Source: Oscillibacter sp. (GTDB lineage: Bacteria; Bacillota; Clostridia; Oscillospirales; Oscillospiraceae). Taken from it: a stretch of 64,000 bases of DNA. Position numbers and translations under genes: made by a program. This document shows, piece by piece, positions 1 through 9,444 of the stretch. The DNA is taken from positions 46,951 through 110,950 of the forward strand of contig JALCRR010000002.1 in the NCBI GenBank assembly GCA_022652815.1. Direction: 5' to 3'. Below the pieces are notes generated by a model. It made no database searches. It was not told the DNA's origin and saw only the letters and a list, made by a program, of their open reading frames with translations. The first letter of the stretch is position 1. The number at the start of each line of letters is the position of its first letter.

Positions 1-52
1 GTTCTGCTATGTCTGCCAGTAAGCAAAATTAACTGTGGAAGGATTCATTTCC

Positions 53-1042
53 TTGAAAATTCTCAATTCCATTGATGCCTTTATTGGCAAAAATATTCCC
101 TGGCTGTCCATTATCTTGACAGCCATCGGCATTTTTTTCTCCGCACAGTTGAGCTGGCTGTCCGGCTGCACTTTTTGGCTCTTTATCTTTATCACCTTTG
201 CATCCAGTCTTAGCGCCGGTTTCAGCGACATGAAAACGGTTGTGCTGCATCCAAAGCCCATTGTGGCAATTTTTCTGACGCTGCATGTGGTGATGCCGCT
301 GATTGCCATGGGAATCGGCTCTCTGGTCTTTCCCGACAACCCCTATTTTGTGACCGGGCTGGTGTTGGAAAACTGCATTCCAACCGGCGTTACCTCCTTG
401 ATGTGGGTCTCCATGTGCCGGGGAAATACACCCTTGGCGCTATGTGCTGTTCTTTTGGACACGCTGCTCTCCCCTTTTGTGGTTCCCCTGTCCTTAAAGC
501 TTCTCATCGGTTCCGAGGTTGAGCTGGATGTGGGCGGCATGATTCGGAACTTAATTTTCATGATTGCCATTCCTGCCCTGCTGGCCATGGTTTGCAATCA
601 AGCCACCCATGGCCGGGTTGTTCACACCGTACAACCCAAGCTCAATCCTTTTGCCAAGATGGCCATGGTGCTGGTCATTACCGCCAACGCCACCGGCATT
701 GCGGATTCGATGCGGAATCTCAACCCCCGGTTGATTCTGGTATTTGTGGTGGGCTTGTGCGTGTCTGTTCTGGGATTCGTATTCGGTTTTCTGTTTTCCC
801 GTGTGCTGAAGGTCGATTATGCCACGGCGCTTTGCATGACACTCAACTGCGGAATGCGGAACATCAACGCAGGAGCCGTTCTGGCTGCGCAGTATTTTCC
901 GGCAGATGTGCTGTTCCCCGTGGTAACCTCTTCGCTGATGCTTCATCCGCTTAATGGCATTTCTGTCAGCCTTCTTCAGCATTCCAAAGCCGGAAAGACA
1001 GAGCAGGCGGAATATAAACGAACCCATACAGTTGAAAATTAG
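53..1042 (+). CDS. Bile acid:sodium symporter (BASS/SBF) family transporter
   Basis: About 9-10 hydrophobic segments and BASS-like motifs (LENCIPTGVTSLMW, GMRNINAGAVLA). Start placed at TTG 53 behind AAGGA; the ORF track starts at GTG 35. Confidence 0.8.
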   Translation: MKILNSIDAFIGKNIPWLSIILTAIGIFFSAQLSWLSGCTFWLFIFITFASSLSAGFSDMKTVVLHPKPIVAIFLTLHVVMPLIAMGIGSLVFPDNPYFVTGLVLENCIPTGVTSLMWVSMCRGNTPLALCAVLLDTLLSPFVVPLSLKLLIGSEVELDVGGMIRNLIFMIAIPALLAMVCNQATHGRVVHTVQPKLNPFAKMAMVLVITANATGIADSMRNLNPRLILVFVVGLCVSVLGFVFGFLFSRVLKVDYATALCMTLNCGMRNINAGAVLAAQYFPADVLFPVVTSSLMLHPLNGISVSLLQHSKAGKTEQAEYKRTHTVEN

Positions 1043-1057
1043 GAACCATTTCGATGG

Positions 1058-1092
1058 AAAAGGTGCGCGGCAGCATGCTGCGCACCTTTTTT
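1058..1092 (+). terminator. Intrinsic terminator
   Basis: AAAAGGTGCGCGGCA...TGCTGCGCACCTTTT hairpin followed by a T-run. Confidence 0.75.
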
Positions 1093-1174
1093 CTGCTTCG
1101 TGCGAATTGTCCGACGTGCTTCCCCTTTTTTTTCACCATGGCAACGGTAGAATGGAACCGAACAGACAAGGGGG

Positions 1175-1984
1175 TTGCCGAGCTTGGAAACTTTTACATA
1201 CGATCAAAAGATTATTTTGCTTCCCGTCCAGACGCTGGTGGCCAATCCCGCCCAGCCTCGGCGGGTCTTTGATGCCCAGGCCCTTGAGGAGTTGGCGTCC
1301 TCCATTCGCCAGCATGGAATTCTTCAACCGCTGACTGTGCGCAAAACCTTCCGGGGCTGGGAGATCATCACCGGGGAGCGGCGGCTTCGCGCCGCAAAGC
1401 TGGCGGGACTTGAGCAGGTTCCATGCATCGTGGCCACCATGAACGACACGGAATCCGCTCTGGCTGCGCTGATGGAAAATTTGCAGCGTCAGGATCTGCA
1501 CTATCTGGAAGAAGCCAATGCGCTGGCCTCCTTCCTGCGGGCCACAGGCTTAACCCAAGAGGAAGTCGCCGAAAAACTGGGGCGCTCCCCCTCCGCCGTT
1601 GCCAACAAGCTGCGGCTTTTGAAGCTCTCTCCGGAATGTGCCGCAGAGCTTTTAAATCATCACCTGTCCGAGCGCCATGCCCGGGCGCTGCTGCGGCTGG
1701 AGGACGAGGGCGAGCGGCGCGCGGCCTTGAAGCATATCATTCTCGCCGGACTCAACGTCGCCCAGACGGAAAGCTACATCGACCAGCGGCTGAAAAAGCT
1801 CAGCACCACGCCGGAAAAGGCACGGCGGACATACATCATCAAGGATGTGCGCCTGTTTCTCAACAGTGTGGACCGGGGGCTGCGGATCATTCGGGACGCT
1901 GGGGTTCACGCGGAAAGTGGCCGGGAGGAAACGGAGGATGCCATCTTGCTCACCATCCGGATTCCCAAGAAGGCCAGGCTCTGA
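1175..1984 (+). CDS. noc: Nucleoid occlusion protein Noc-like ParB paralogue
   Basis: ParB CTPase motif GERRLRA; HTH ANKLRLLK...SERHARALL; Noc-type C-terminus KDVRLFLNSV...LTIRIPK. TTG start behind AAGGGG. Confidence 0.75.
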   Translation: MPSLETFTYDQKIILLPVQTLVANPAQPRRVFDAQALEELASSIRQHGILQPLTVRKTFRGWEIITGERRLRAAKLAGLEQVPCIVATMNDTESALAALMENLQRQDLHYLEEANALASFLRATGLTQEEVAEKLGRSPSAVANKLRLLKLSPECAAELLNHHLSERHARALLRLEDEGERRAALKHIILAGLNVAQTESYIDQRLKKLSTTPEKARRTYIIKDVRLFLNSVDRGLRIIRDAGVHAESGREETEDAILLTIRIPKKARL

Positions 1985-2004
1985 ATTCCTTGATTTTACT
2001 CAAC

Positions 2005-2049
2005 TGTAACAGGATTGTAATGCTTTTCCTCCGAAAGCTGTGATACAAT
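2005..2049 (+). promoter_or_regulatory. WalR-type direct repeat plus extended -10 promoter of the VanW-domain gene
   Basis: TGTAAC-N5-TGTAAT at 2005-2021 (matches TGTWAH-N5-TGTWAH), abutting -35-like TGCTTT at 2021-2026; TGA-TACAAT at 2041-2049. Confidence 0.55.
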
Positions 2050-2110
2050 ACAAGCTGTAAAATTATATCCGGTTTTTTACCGGAAACTGCATTTTTGGAG
2101 GAAGAAATCC

Positions 2111-3862
2111 ATGGAAAACTTACAGACGACGCAGGCGGAGGGTACGCAGCAAAAGCGTTCCAAAAAGCCTGTTGTCATCGTGTGTATTCTTTTGGGGGCA
2201 CTGCTGGCAGCCTATCTGGTTGTGTGCGGTATCGCGTCCGGAAGCAAGACCTTTTATCCAAACTACACCATCAACGGCGTGGCCGTGGGCGGTCTGACCG
2301 AGGAGGAAGCCCAGACCCGGCTGGAGCAGGAACTTCCCGCAAAGAAAGTAACCGTCCGGGTAGTTGGCATGGACGATCCCGTGGCTGAAATCAGATTGTC
2401 GGAGTTGGGCTATACAAAAGACTCGGTAGCCGGAGAGGCACAGAGTTTTCTGATCGTTCAGCGTGAGGCGGGCTTTTTGTCCCGGGGCTGGGAATATCTC
2501 TCCGCTCTGACAGGCAACTATGGCGGCGGATCTTCCCTTCTGGTTCGGGATGAGGATTCCTTTGATACCGCAGTAGCATCCCTAACTGCAAAGCTGACCG
2601 TACAGCCGGTAGACAGTTCCTTTACCCTGGGCGGAAATTCCGTCTCCATTGTGAAATCTTCCGACGGGCACAGCGTGGATGCGCAGTCTCTGAGCAAGGC
2701 TTTGAACGATGCCGTGAACGAGCCGGACGGCGGCTACGAGGCGGACATTGAATATATCGTGCTGCCCGCCAAATCGCTGACCGCACAGGAAATTTATGAC
2801 GAATGTGCCGCCGAGGTGAAAAACGCAGGCTACGACGCCGCCACCGGCGAAATTACGTCTGAGCAGATTGGCGCCGAATTTGATGTGAATGAAGCAAAAA
2901 GCCTGCTGGACAACGCCGCACCCGGCGAAACCGTAGAGGTTCCCGCGACCATCGAGCATCCCGCCGTCACAGCAGAGCAGCTGCGCAGCGTTCTGTTCCG
3001 GGACGTTCTTGGCACGGCCCGCACCCATGTAGGCGGCTCATCCGCCCGCATCTCCAACGTCAAGCTGGCCTCCTCATCGGTCAACGGCACGATTCTAAAC
3101 TCCGGCGATGTGTTTTCCTACAACGGCACCGTGGGTCAGCGCACGGAATCCAAGGGCTATCAAGCCGCACCCGCCTATGTGCAGGGCGAGACAGTGGATG
3201 AAATCGGCGGCGGCGTGTGCCAGCCCTCCTCCACGCTGTATCTGGCCTGTCTAAACGCAAATCTTGAAATTACGGAGCGCTACGCCCACCGCTATGTCCC
3301 CGCATACATTGCCAAGGGCATGGACGCCACCGTTTCCTGGGACGGCCCCGACTATAAATTCACCAATGACACCAACTATCCCATCAAGATCGTGGCTACT
3401 TACTCCGGCGGCTATCTCACCATGAAGCTGCTGGGCACCAAGGAAGACAGCACCTACGTGAAGATGACCAACAAGGTTCTCTCCACCACGGAGTGGAAAA
3501 CCGTGACGCAGGATGACGACACCATTCCCGCCGGCACCCAGCAGGTCAAGGTGACGCCCTACACCGGCTACAAGGTGGAGACGTACCGCAATGTGTACAG
3601 CAGTGACGGCAGCCTCATTACCAGCAAGCTGGAGGATGTCAGCAACTACAAGGTCCGCGACAAGCTGATTCTGGTGGGTCCCAAAAAGGCGGAGGAAACC
3701 GTTCCCTCCGGCAACACCTCCTCTGTGGAGATTCCGGTTGAAACTCCGGTGGAAAAGCCGACGGAGACGCCCGTGCAGCCTCCGGTGGAAAAGCCGGTAG
3801 AAACGCCTGTTCACACACCGACGGACACCGGCGATGAGGGCTACGGCTCTCCCGCAGCGTAA
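2111..3862 (+). CDS. Membrane-anchored VanW-family / PG-binding domain cell-wall protein (YoaR-like)
   Basis: N-terminal TM helix; VanW motifs (FSYNGTVG, GGGVCQPSSTLY, GMDATVS, DYKFTN); G5-like segment; Pro-rich tail. Confidence 0.85.
   Translation: MENLQTTQAEGTQQKRSKKPVVIVCILLGALLAAYLVVCGIASGSKTFYPNYTINGVAVGGLTEEEAQTRLEQELPAKKVTVRVVGMDDPVAEIRLSELGYTKDSVAGEAQSFLIVQREAGFLSRGWEYLSALTGNYGGGSSLLVRDEDSFDTAVASLTAKLTVQPVDSSFTLGGNSVSIVKSSDGHSVDAQSLSKALNDAVNEPDGGYEADIEYIVLPAKSLTAQEIYDECAAEVKNAGYDAATGEITSEQIGAEFDVNEAKSLLDNAAPGETVEVPATIEHPAVTAEQLRSVLFRDVLGTARTHVGGSSARISNVKLASSSVNGTILNSGDVFSYNGTVGQRTESKGYQAAPAYVQGETVDEIGGGVCQPSSTLYLACLNANLEITERYAHRYVPAYIAKGMDATVSWDGPDYKFTNDTNYPIKIVATYSGGYLTMKLLGTKEDSTYVKMTNKVLSTTEWKTVTQDDDTIPAGTQQVKVTPYTGYKVETYRNVYSSDGSLITSKLEDVSNYKVRDKLILVGPKKAEETVPSGNTSSVEIPVETPVEKPTETPVQPPVEKPVETPVHTPTDTGDEGYGSPAA
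3734..3829 (+). repeat. 8 x 12-bp coding repeat (PxEx/PxxP linker)
   Basis: CCGGTTGAAACT CCGGTGGAAAAG CCGACGGAGACG ... encoding PVET PVEK PTET PVQP PVEK PVET PVHT PTDT. Confidence 0.85.
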
Positions 3863-3889
3863 TGTTTCATCTTTTTCATTGATTTTTTG

Positions 3890-3927
3890 AAAGACAGCTC
3901 TTTTTTGAAAAAGGGCTGTCTTTTTTT
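3890..3927 (+). terminator. Intrinsic terminator
   Basis: AAAGACAGCTCTTTT / AAAAGGGCTGTCTTT stem with a T7 tail. Confidence 0.75.
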
Positions 3928-3982
3928 GAAATTTTGCCCCGTTTTCCGCATAGACTAAAAGGGAGAGAAATGGGGCATTTTT

Positions 3983-4639
3983 TTGAAGAAAAAGCAAATT
4001 TTAAGGGCATTTCTTGAAAGTATTCCGGGCATTTTGCTGCTGGGAATTCTCTTCCTTTACTGTGGCAGAAACCCCAGCGCGCTGCTTCAGCGTCTGCCTG
4101 CTCCGCCGCTTTTGGCCGGACTTTTTCTGCTGGGGTTGTTTGCGCTAAAGGGGCTGACGGTCTTTTTTCCCCTGTCGGTTTTGGAAATTGCCTGCGGACT
4201 CCTGTTTCCGCTGCCTGCGGCGCTGGCGGTTAATTTTTTAGGGGTGGCGGCGGCGATGACGGCGCCCTACTTTGCAGGAAGGCGAAAACGGGAAAACCTT
4301 TATGCACTGCTGAAGCGGTGGCCAAAGCTGCTGCGGCTGTGGGAGCTGAAATCCGGGGAGGGCAATTTCCTCTTTGTCTTTCTTCTTCGTCTGGCAGGCG
4401 GACTGCCCTTTGATGCGGTGAGCTTTTGTCTGGGCGCCGGTGAAATTCCGTGGCAGACCTTTTATGGGGCCGGACTTTTGGGCGTGTCCCCCCATTTGGT
4501 TGCGGTGACCATTTTGGGCTCTGCGCTGAATGACCCGACGTCCCCGGAATTTTACCGCTCTCTGGCGCTGAACGCTGCGGTTTCCCTGCTGGCGCTGGCG
4601 CTTTTTCGCATTCGGATGCAGGTTCGAAAATCTGCGTAA
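3983..4639 (+). CDS. TVP38/TMEM64 (VTT / DedA superfamily) membrane protein
   Basis: Hydrophobic; FFP..VL...G..F and FLLRL.GGLPFDAVSF..G motifs. Confidence 0.8.
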   Translation: MKKKQILRAFLESIPGILLLGILFLYCGRNPSALLQRLPAPPLLAGLFLLGLFALKGLTVFFPLSVLEIACGLLFPLPAALAVNFLGVAAAMTAPYFAGRRKRENLYALLKRWPKLLRLWELKSGEGNFLFVFLLRLAGGLPFDAVSFCLGAGEIPWQTFYGAGLLGVSPHLVAVTILGSALNDPTSPEFYRSLALNAAVSLLALALFRIRMQVRKSA

Positions 4640-4690
4640 AAATGACGACGCTTGGAGGCTGTTAAAATAGCTTTTCGGGATTGATCGGCA

Positions 4691-4724
4691 AAGAAGGACG
4701 GCTGCAACGGCAGCCGTCCTTCTT
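4691..4724. terminator. Bidirectional terminator
   Basis: AAGAAGGACGGCTGC-AACG-GCAGCCGTCCTTCTT perfect stem between convergent genes. Confidence 0.8.
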
Positions 4725-4739
4725 GTATCGTATGGTTTT

Positions 4740-5729
4740 TTACTGTTCCCGCTCTTTTTTTAGGCGGCGAATGTCGTCGCCAAAAAACGGCAGAATCCGA
4801 TACTCCCCTTCAATCCGGGAGGCAATCTGGGGCGAATATCGGGTGGGAATTTCGGGCGGTGTCAAGTTGGTATTCAAAATGGTGGCCTTGCCTGTCAGAA
4901 GGCGGGTATTCACAACCTCATAAAGGGCGCTGACGATAAACGTGGTGGTCATCTCCGTGCCCAAATCGTCCAGAATCAGCAGGTCACTTTCAAAGATGCG
5001 GTTTGTCTCCGCCGCGTCATCCTCCCGGCCAAATTTTTTGGCCTCCAGACGGGAGAAGATATGCCCCGCCGTATCGTACACCACGGAAAAGCCGCCGTCG
5101 CTGACCTCCCGCGCGATGCAGGCGGAGAGAAACGTCTTGCCAAGACCCGGCGCACCGTAGAGCAGTAGGTTGCCGCTTTTGAGGAAAAACGTGTGGGCGT
5201 AGTTGGCGCACACCTCGTAAATAATTTCCATGTTCTCCCGGGGGGACATGCCCATTTCCGGAGAAGTCCGGGAGGAATACCAGTCCAGAGAAAAGGTGTC
5301 AAAGCTCTGGACACCGAGGTTCAAAAGGGCAGAAAGCTCCTTTTTCTGCTCCCGGGCGTAATATTCCCGCAGGCAGCGGCAGACAGCGGCGCCCCGAAAG
5401 CCTGTATCGCCGCACAGCGGGCAGTTGGGCTTTTCGTCCAGATAGTCCTCCGACAGGCCCAGGCCGCGGAGAAGCTCTTTTTTCTCCTGCTGGAGATTGA
5501 GGTTCTGATCCCGCAGAACGGCCACCGCCGGACGGGGATCGGTGCCCCGGTGAAGTGCCGAGGCAATGATGCGGCTCATGGTGGAGCGAAGCTCCCGGTC
5601 GATTTCCCGCAGGCGGGGCTCTTTTGTCCAGATGGCCTCCTCCTTCCGGCGGAAGCTCTCCTCCCGGGCCTTGCGATCCTCTTCAAACCGCTGCTGCGCA
5701 CGGCGCATAATCCTGCCGTCGTAAGACAC
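4740..5729 (-). CDS. DnaC/DnaI-like replication helicase loader (AAA+ ATPase with Zn finger)
   Basis: CPLC..TG...C.C zinc motif; Walker A GAPGLGKT; Walker B LILDDLG; TNL; SRI. Downstream of a DnaD-domain gene. Confidence 0.85.
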   Translation of the reverse strand: MSYDGRIMRRAQQRFEEDRKAREESFRRKEEAIWTKEPRLREIDRELRSTMSRIIASALHRGTDPRPAVAVLRDQNLNLQQEKKELLRGLGLSEDYLDEKPNCPLCGDTGFRGAAVCRCLREYYAREQKKELSALLNLGVQSFDTFSLDWYSSRTSPEMGMSPRENMEIIYEVCANYAHTFFLKSGNLLLYGAPGLGKTFLSACIAREVSDGGFSVVYDTAGHIFSRLEAKKFGREDDAAETNRIFESDLLILDDLGTEMTTTFIVSALYEVVNTRLLTGKATILNTNLTPPEIPTRYSPQIASRIEGEYRILPFFGDDIRRLKKEREQ

Positions 5730-5732
5730 TGT

Positions 5733-6671
5733 TTATTCCCCCCGTTCCTTGCGGTGCAAAGCCTGCACATATTTTCGCATATTGGTTCCGGAGCGATCCG
5801 GTGCGGCTGGAGCGGCGCTCTTTTGACCGCCCGGCCGATCTCCCGCCTCAATCTCTTCCACCGTATGTAGGCCGGCCTCGTGCCAGCGCTTTAAAATTCC
5901 GTTTAAGTACGGCCACTTCAGTTCGTGGCAGCGCAGGATGGTCTTGTCGCAGGCCAGCGCCACTGTATCGGGGCCGAAGCCCAGCGCCTGCCAGGAGAGC
6001 AGATACTTCTCCTCTGACGGGGATGGCTGCCGCTCGGGCAGCTGCAGCGCCTTCATATACAGCGGGACAGCCTCGCTGCGCAGGGCGTAATTTTTCAGAT
6101 ACTCCGCCGCGGCGCTCTGGGTGTCAATGCCCATGCGCGCCCAGGCATAGCCTTCCTTCTCGATTTGCCGCATTCCGGGACGGCGGCCTTTTCCCAGGCG
6201 CTTTTCCGTCTTTTCCGTACAGTGGCACACCAGAAGATAAATCACATCTGCCGGGAGTCCCAGATAGTCGTTCAGTCCCAGCAGCACGCTGATGTCCGCA
6301 ATCGTGAGCTTTTTGCCCAGATACCGCTCCACCTGGGCGGTCAAGCCGGAAAACTCCGTATTTTTCTCCAGCTTTCGGGCAACCTCGTCCGCCCGGTACT
6401 CCGGACGTTCGTCCGCCGGGGCAGGGGGCGTTTCCGGCTCGGCGGCGGCAATGAGCTTCAGCTCCTGGAGGGAGCTCTCGGCTCTTTCAAGCCGCTCGCG
6501 CTCCCACCGAAGCTCTCCCGCCAGAGAGCGGGGCGGCACGGTGCCGTGATGTCGGAGAAGGGCAAGGTACAAAAGAGCCGCGTCGCCATCCCCTTTTGCA
6601 AGCAGGGTCTGGACTACGGAATCCGGCAGGGTGACGCTTTCGCTTCCCGTGCGGATCAGACAGCTGGCCAT
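5733..6671 (-). CDS. DnaD/DnaB-domain replication initiation protein
   Basis: Two DnaD-like repeats with ..YLNGILKRWHEAG..TVEE signature. ATG 6671 has RBS GGGGGA. Confidence 0.85.
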   Translation of the reverse strand: MASCLIRTGSESVTLPDSVVQTLLAKGDGDAALLYLALLRHHGTVPPRSLAGELRWERERLERAESSLQELKLIAAAEPETPPAPADERPEYRADEVARKLEKNTEFSGLTAQVERYLGKKLTIADISVLLGLNDYLGLPADVIYLLVCHCTEKTEKRLGKGRRPGMRQIEKEGYAWARMGIDTQSAAAEYLKNYALRSEAVPLYMKALQLPERQPSPSEEKYLLSWQALGFGPDTVALACDKTILRCHELKWPYLNGILKRWHEAGLHTVEEIEAGDRPGGQKSAAPAAPDRSGTNMRKYVQALHRKERGE

Positions 6672-6875
6672 TTTGATCTCCCCCTTTCTTCCCATCTGCG
6701 CCGACGCACAGTGGGCCGTTTCATTCGTCCCTATTCTACACGAAATCCCGGTGCAAGACAACGAAAACTTCACTTTTTTGTAGCACATGGGGCGGGATTG
6801 TGTTATACTGTATTCTGTAAAATTGGGTTAGAATGTCCGGGTAACCCTTTACTCTTATAAAGGAGGGTCATTTTT

Positions 6876-7229
6876 ATGGGAAATCGTGTGGTTCTGACGA
6901 TCTGCGGAGAGGATTATAACTTCGTTGCCGAAGAATCTGCCGCATACATGCAGAAGGTTGGCTCTTATGTGGACCAGAAGATGGCGGAGGTCGTAAATGG
7001 CGCACATGTGGGCCGCAGCGATGCCGCCGTGCTGACCGCTGCCAATATTACGGATGAGCTGTTCAAGGAGCAAGCTGCGTCCGAAGCCCTCCGCGTTCAG
7101 ATCAAGCAGTATCTGGACGAGGCCGGCAAGGCACAAAACGAGGTCAGCGAGCTTAAGCGCGAGGTGTTCCGCCTGCAGCAGAAGCTGGACAGCCGGAACA
7201 ACAATAACAACAGCGGGAGCCGCCATTGA
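6876..7229 (+). CDS. zapA: Cell division protein ZapA
   Basis: V.LTICGEDY......YMQKV..YVD.KM....AAVLTAANI.DE pattern with a coiled-coil tail. Confidence 0.85.
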   Translation: MGNRVVLTICGEDYNFVAEESAAYMQKVGSYVDQKMAEVVNGAHVGRSDAAVLTAANITDELFKEQAASEALRVQIKQYLDEAGKAQNEVSELKREVFRLQQKLDSRNNNNNSGSRH

Positions 7230-9325
7230 TGGAGTTGCTCTCTCCCGCCGGATCCCCCGAGGCGCTGCGCGCCGCGGTACAATCCGGTGCTGACGCGGTT
7301 TATCTTGGTTGGGGCGATTTTAACGCCCGTCGCAATGCACAGAATTTTTCGGAGGAGGAATTCTCCGACGCAGTGATCTATTGTCACGAGCGGGGCGTGC
7401 GGGTCTTTTTGACGCTGAACACCCTGCTGACTGATCGGGAGCTGCCGCAGGCACTGGAAACGGCCCACCTCGCCGCCCTCTTGGGCGTGGACGCGGTGCT
7501 GGTTCAGGACTGGGGTCTTTTTGCCCTGCTCCGTTCCGCCATGCCGGATCTTCCCTTGCATGCCAGCACCCAGATGAGTATTTTCACCTCCGGCGGTGCC
7601 TGCGAAGCTGCAGCAATGGGCTGCGAGCGGGTGGTGATTGCCCGGGAGTGCTCCAAGGCGGACACGCAGACCATTTGCAAGGCCTGCCCCGCGGAAATTG
7701 AGATTTTCGGCCACGGCGCCCTTTGCATGTGCTATTCCGGCCAGTGCGCCATGAGCGCCCTCATCGGCGGACGGTCCGGCAATCGGGGCAAGTGCGCCCA
7801 GCCCTGCCGCCTGCCCTACGGGGTAGACGGCCCCGCCAAGAACCAGCACCCTCTCTCCTTGAAGGACAGCTGCCTTGCCTCCCACCTCGGCGAGATGGAG
7901 GGCGTATCCTGCCTAAAAATTGAGGGGCGCATGAAGCGGCCCGAATATGTTTCCGTGGTGACGGAGATTTATGCCCGGTTGCTGAACGAGCAGCGTGCTC
8001 CCACCAAGGACGAGCAGCAGAAGCTGGAAGCGGCTTTCTCCCGTCAGGGCTTTACCGACGGGTACTGGCTGGGTCACCGGGGCAACGCAATGTTTGGCTC
8101 CCGCAGCGAGAATACGCCCGAACCGACGGCGCTGTTTGCCGCGGCAAAAGAGGGCTATGAAAAGGATCGCAAGCGTCTGGTGCCTGTGGAGTTTTTCTGC
8201 ACGGTGAAGGCCGGAGAGCCTGCCGCCTTGAAAGCAAGCGACCCCGACGGGCACACCGTGACCGTCACCGGCCCCGTGCCGGAGGCGGCGCGCAACCACG
8301 CGCTCACGGCGGAGGAGCTTTCCGAGCGACTGGGAAAAACCGGCGGAACTGCGTATGCCTGTAAGACAATCAACGTGGATGTGGGCGAGGGGCTATCCCT
8401 CCCGGCTGCAGCCGTGAATGCCCTGCGGCGGGATGCGCTGGAGGGTCTGCGGGCCATCCGCTGCGCCATGCCGGAGCGGAAATGGATGCCGGACGTCCCC
8501 GCCGTGAAGGATCACAGCTATTCCGGCGCTCCCCGGCTGACGGCCTCCGTGGTTTCCTGGAAACAGATTACGCCGGAGCTGCTGGCCGGTCTGACTCGGA
8601 TTTATGTGCCGGTAGAGGTACTTGCCGCGCAGGAGACGCTGCCGGAATTTTCCGGCGAGTGGTGCGCAGTTCTTCCCCGCATCTGGCGGGATGGAGACGA
8701 GGAACTGCTCAAAGAGCTGCTGGCGCGCTGTACCGCCCTGGGCGTCACCGGTGTACTGCTGGGCAATTTGGGACACTTCCCGCTTGTGGCGGGTTCCAAT
8801 TTCCACCGCTACGGCGATTTCGGCCTGAACGTGTTCAACTCCCGGTCTCTGGCGTTTCTTCAGAAGAAGGGGCTGGAAAGCGGGTGCGTCTCCTTCGAGC
8901 TGCGCCAATCCCAGATTCGGGATCTTGCCAAGCCCATGCCCACCGAGGCCATCGTTTACGGTCGGCTGCCGCTGATGATTACGGAAAACTGCCTGGTGAA
9001 GAACGCCTACAACTGCGGGTGCGACAAGCAGGGTGCCTGCGTTAGCGCAAGCGGACGCTGCGCCGGACGGCACTATCTCAACGATCGCACGGGGGCATCG
9101 TTCCCCCTGCTTCCCGCCTTTGGTCACCGCACCGAGATTGAAAACTGCAAGGTTTTATATCTGGCAGATCGGACAGACTGGGAAGAGAGCGGGCTGGCCT
9201 TCGCACGGCTGCGGTTTACCACCGAGTCAGCTGAGGAGTGCGCTGAGGTGCTGGAGCGGTATCTGTCCCATGCAAAAACGCCGAAGGAATTTACCCGGGG
9301 GCTTTACGACCGGGGCGTGGAATAA
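7229..9325 (+). CDS. U32 peptidase family Fe-S protein with DUF3656 (RlhA-like RNA hydroxylase)
   Basis: MELLSPAGS; GADAVYLG; HASTQM; HGALCMCYSGQC..S...GGRSGNRG.CAQPCR; KIEGRMK. Overlaps the zapA stop. Confidence 0.85.
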   Translation: MELLSPAGSPEALRAAVQSGADAVYLGWGDFNARRNAQNFSEEEFSDAVIYCHERGVRVFLTLNTLLTDRELPQALETAHLAALLGVDAVLVQDWGLFALLRSAMPDLPLHASTQMSIFTSGGACEAAAMGCERVVIARECSKADTQTICKACPAEIEIFGHGALCMCYSGQCAMSALIGGRSGNRGKCAQPCRLPYGVDGPAKNQHPLSLKDSCLASHLGEMEGVSCLKIEGRMKRPEYVSVVTEIYARLLNEQRAPTKDEQQKLEAAFSRQGFTDGYWLGHRGNAMFGSRSENTPEPTALFAAAKEGYEKDRKRLVPVEFFCTVKAGEPAALKASDPDGHTVTVTGPVPEAARNHALTAEELSERLGKTGGTAYACKTINVDVGEGLSLPAAAVNALRRDALEGLRAIRCAMPERKWMPDVPAVKDHSYSGAPRLTASVVSWKQITPELLAGLTRIYVPVEVLAAQETLPEFSGEWCAVLPRIWRDGDEELLKELLARCTALGVTGVLLGNLGHFPLVAGSNFHRYGDFGLNVFNSRSLAFLQKKGLESGCVSFELRQSQIRDLAKPMPTEAIVYGRLPLMITENCLVKNAYNCGCDKQGACVSASGRCAGRHYLNDRTGASFPLLPAFGHRTEIENCKVLYLADRTDWEESGLAFARLRFTTESAEECAEVLERYLSHAKTPKEFTRGLYDRGVE

Positions 9326-9444
9326 GGCACCACGACGACAAAATGTTGACAGGCGAAAACGGGATTGTGCGCAAATACGCCCGCTTTTTGCTCCTATTTG
9401 TAATATTTTGATTGTATTATACTATTTGTTATTGGAGAATGACC

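Noticed and set aside
2111-3862. Vancomycin-resistance gene
   Set aside because: A VanW domain alone, with no vanHAX/vanRS. This architecture is a common cell-wall protein.
4740-5729. IS21 IstB helper indicating an insertion sequence
   Set aside because: No IstA transposase or terminal repeats. It has the N-terminal helical/Zn region and DnaD neighbour of the chromosomal helicase-loader pair.
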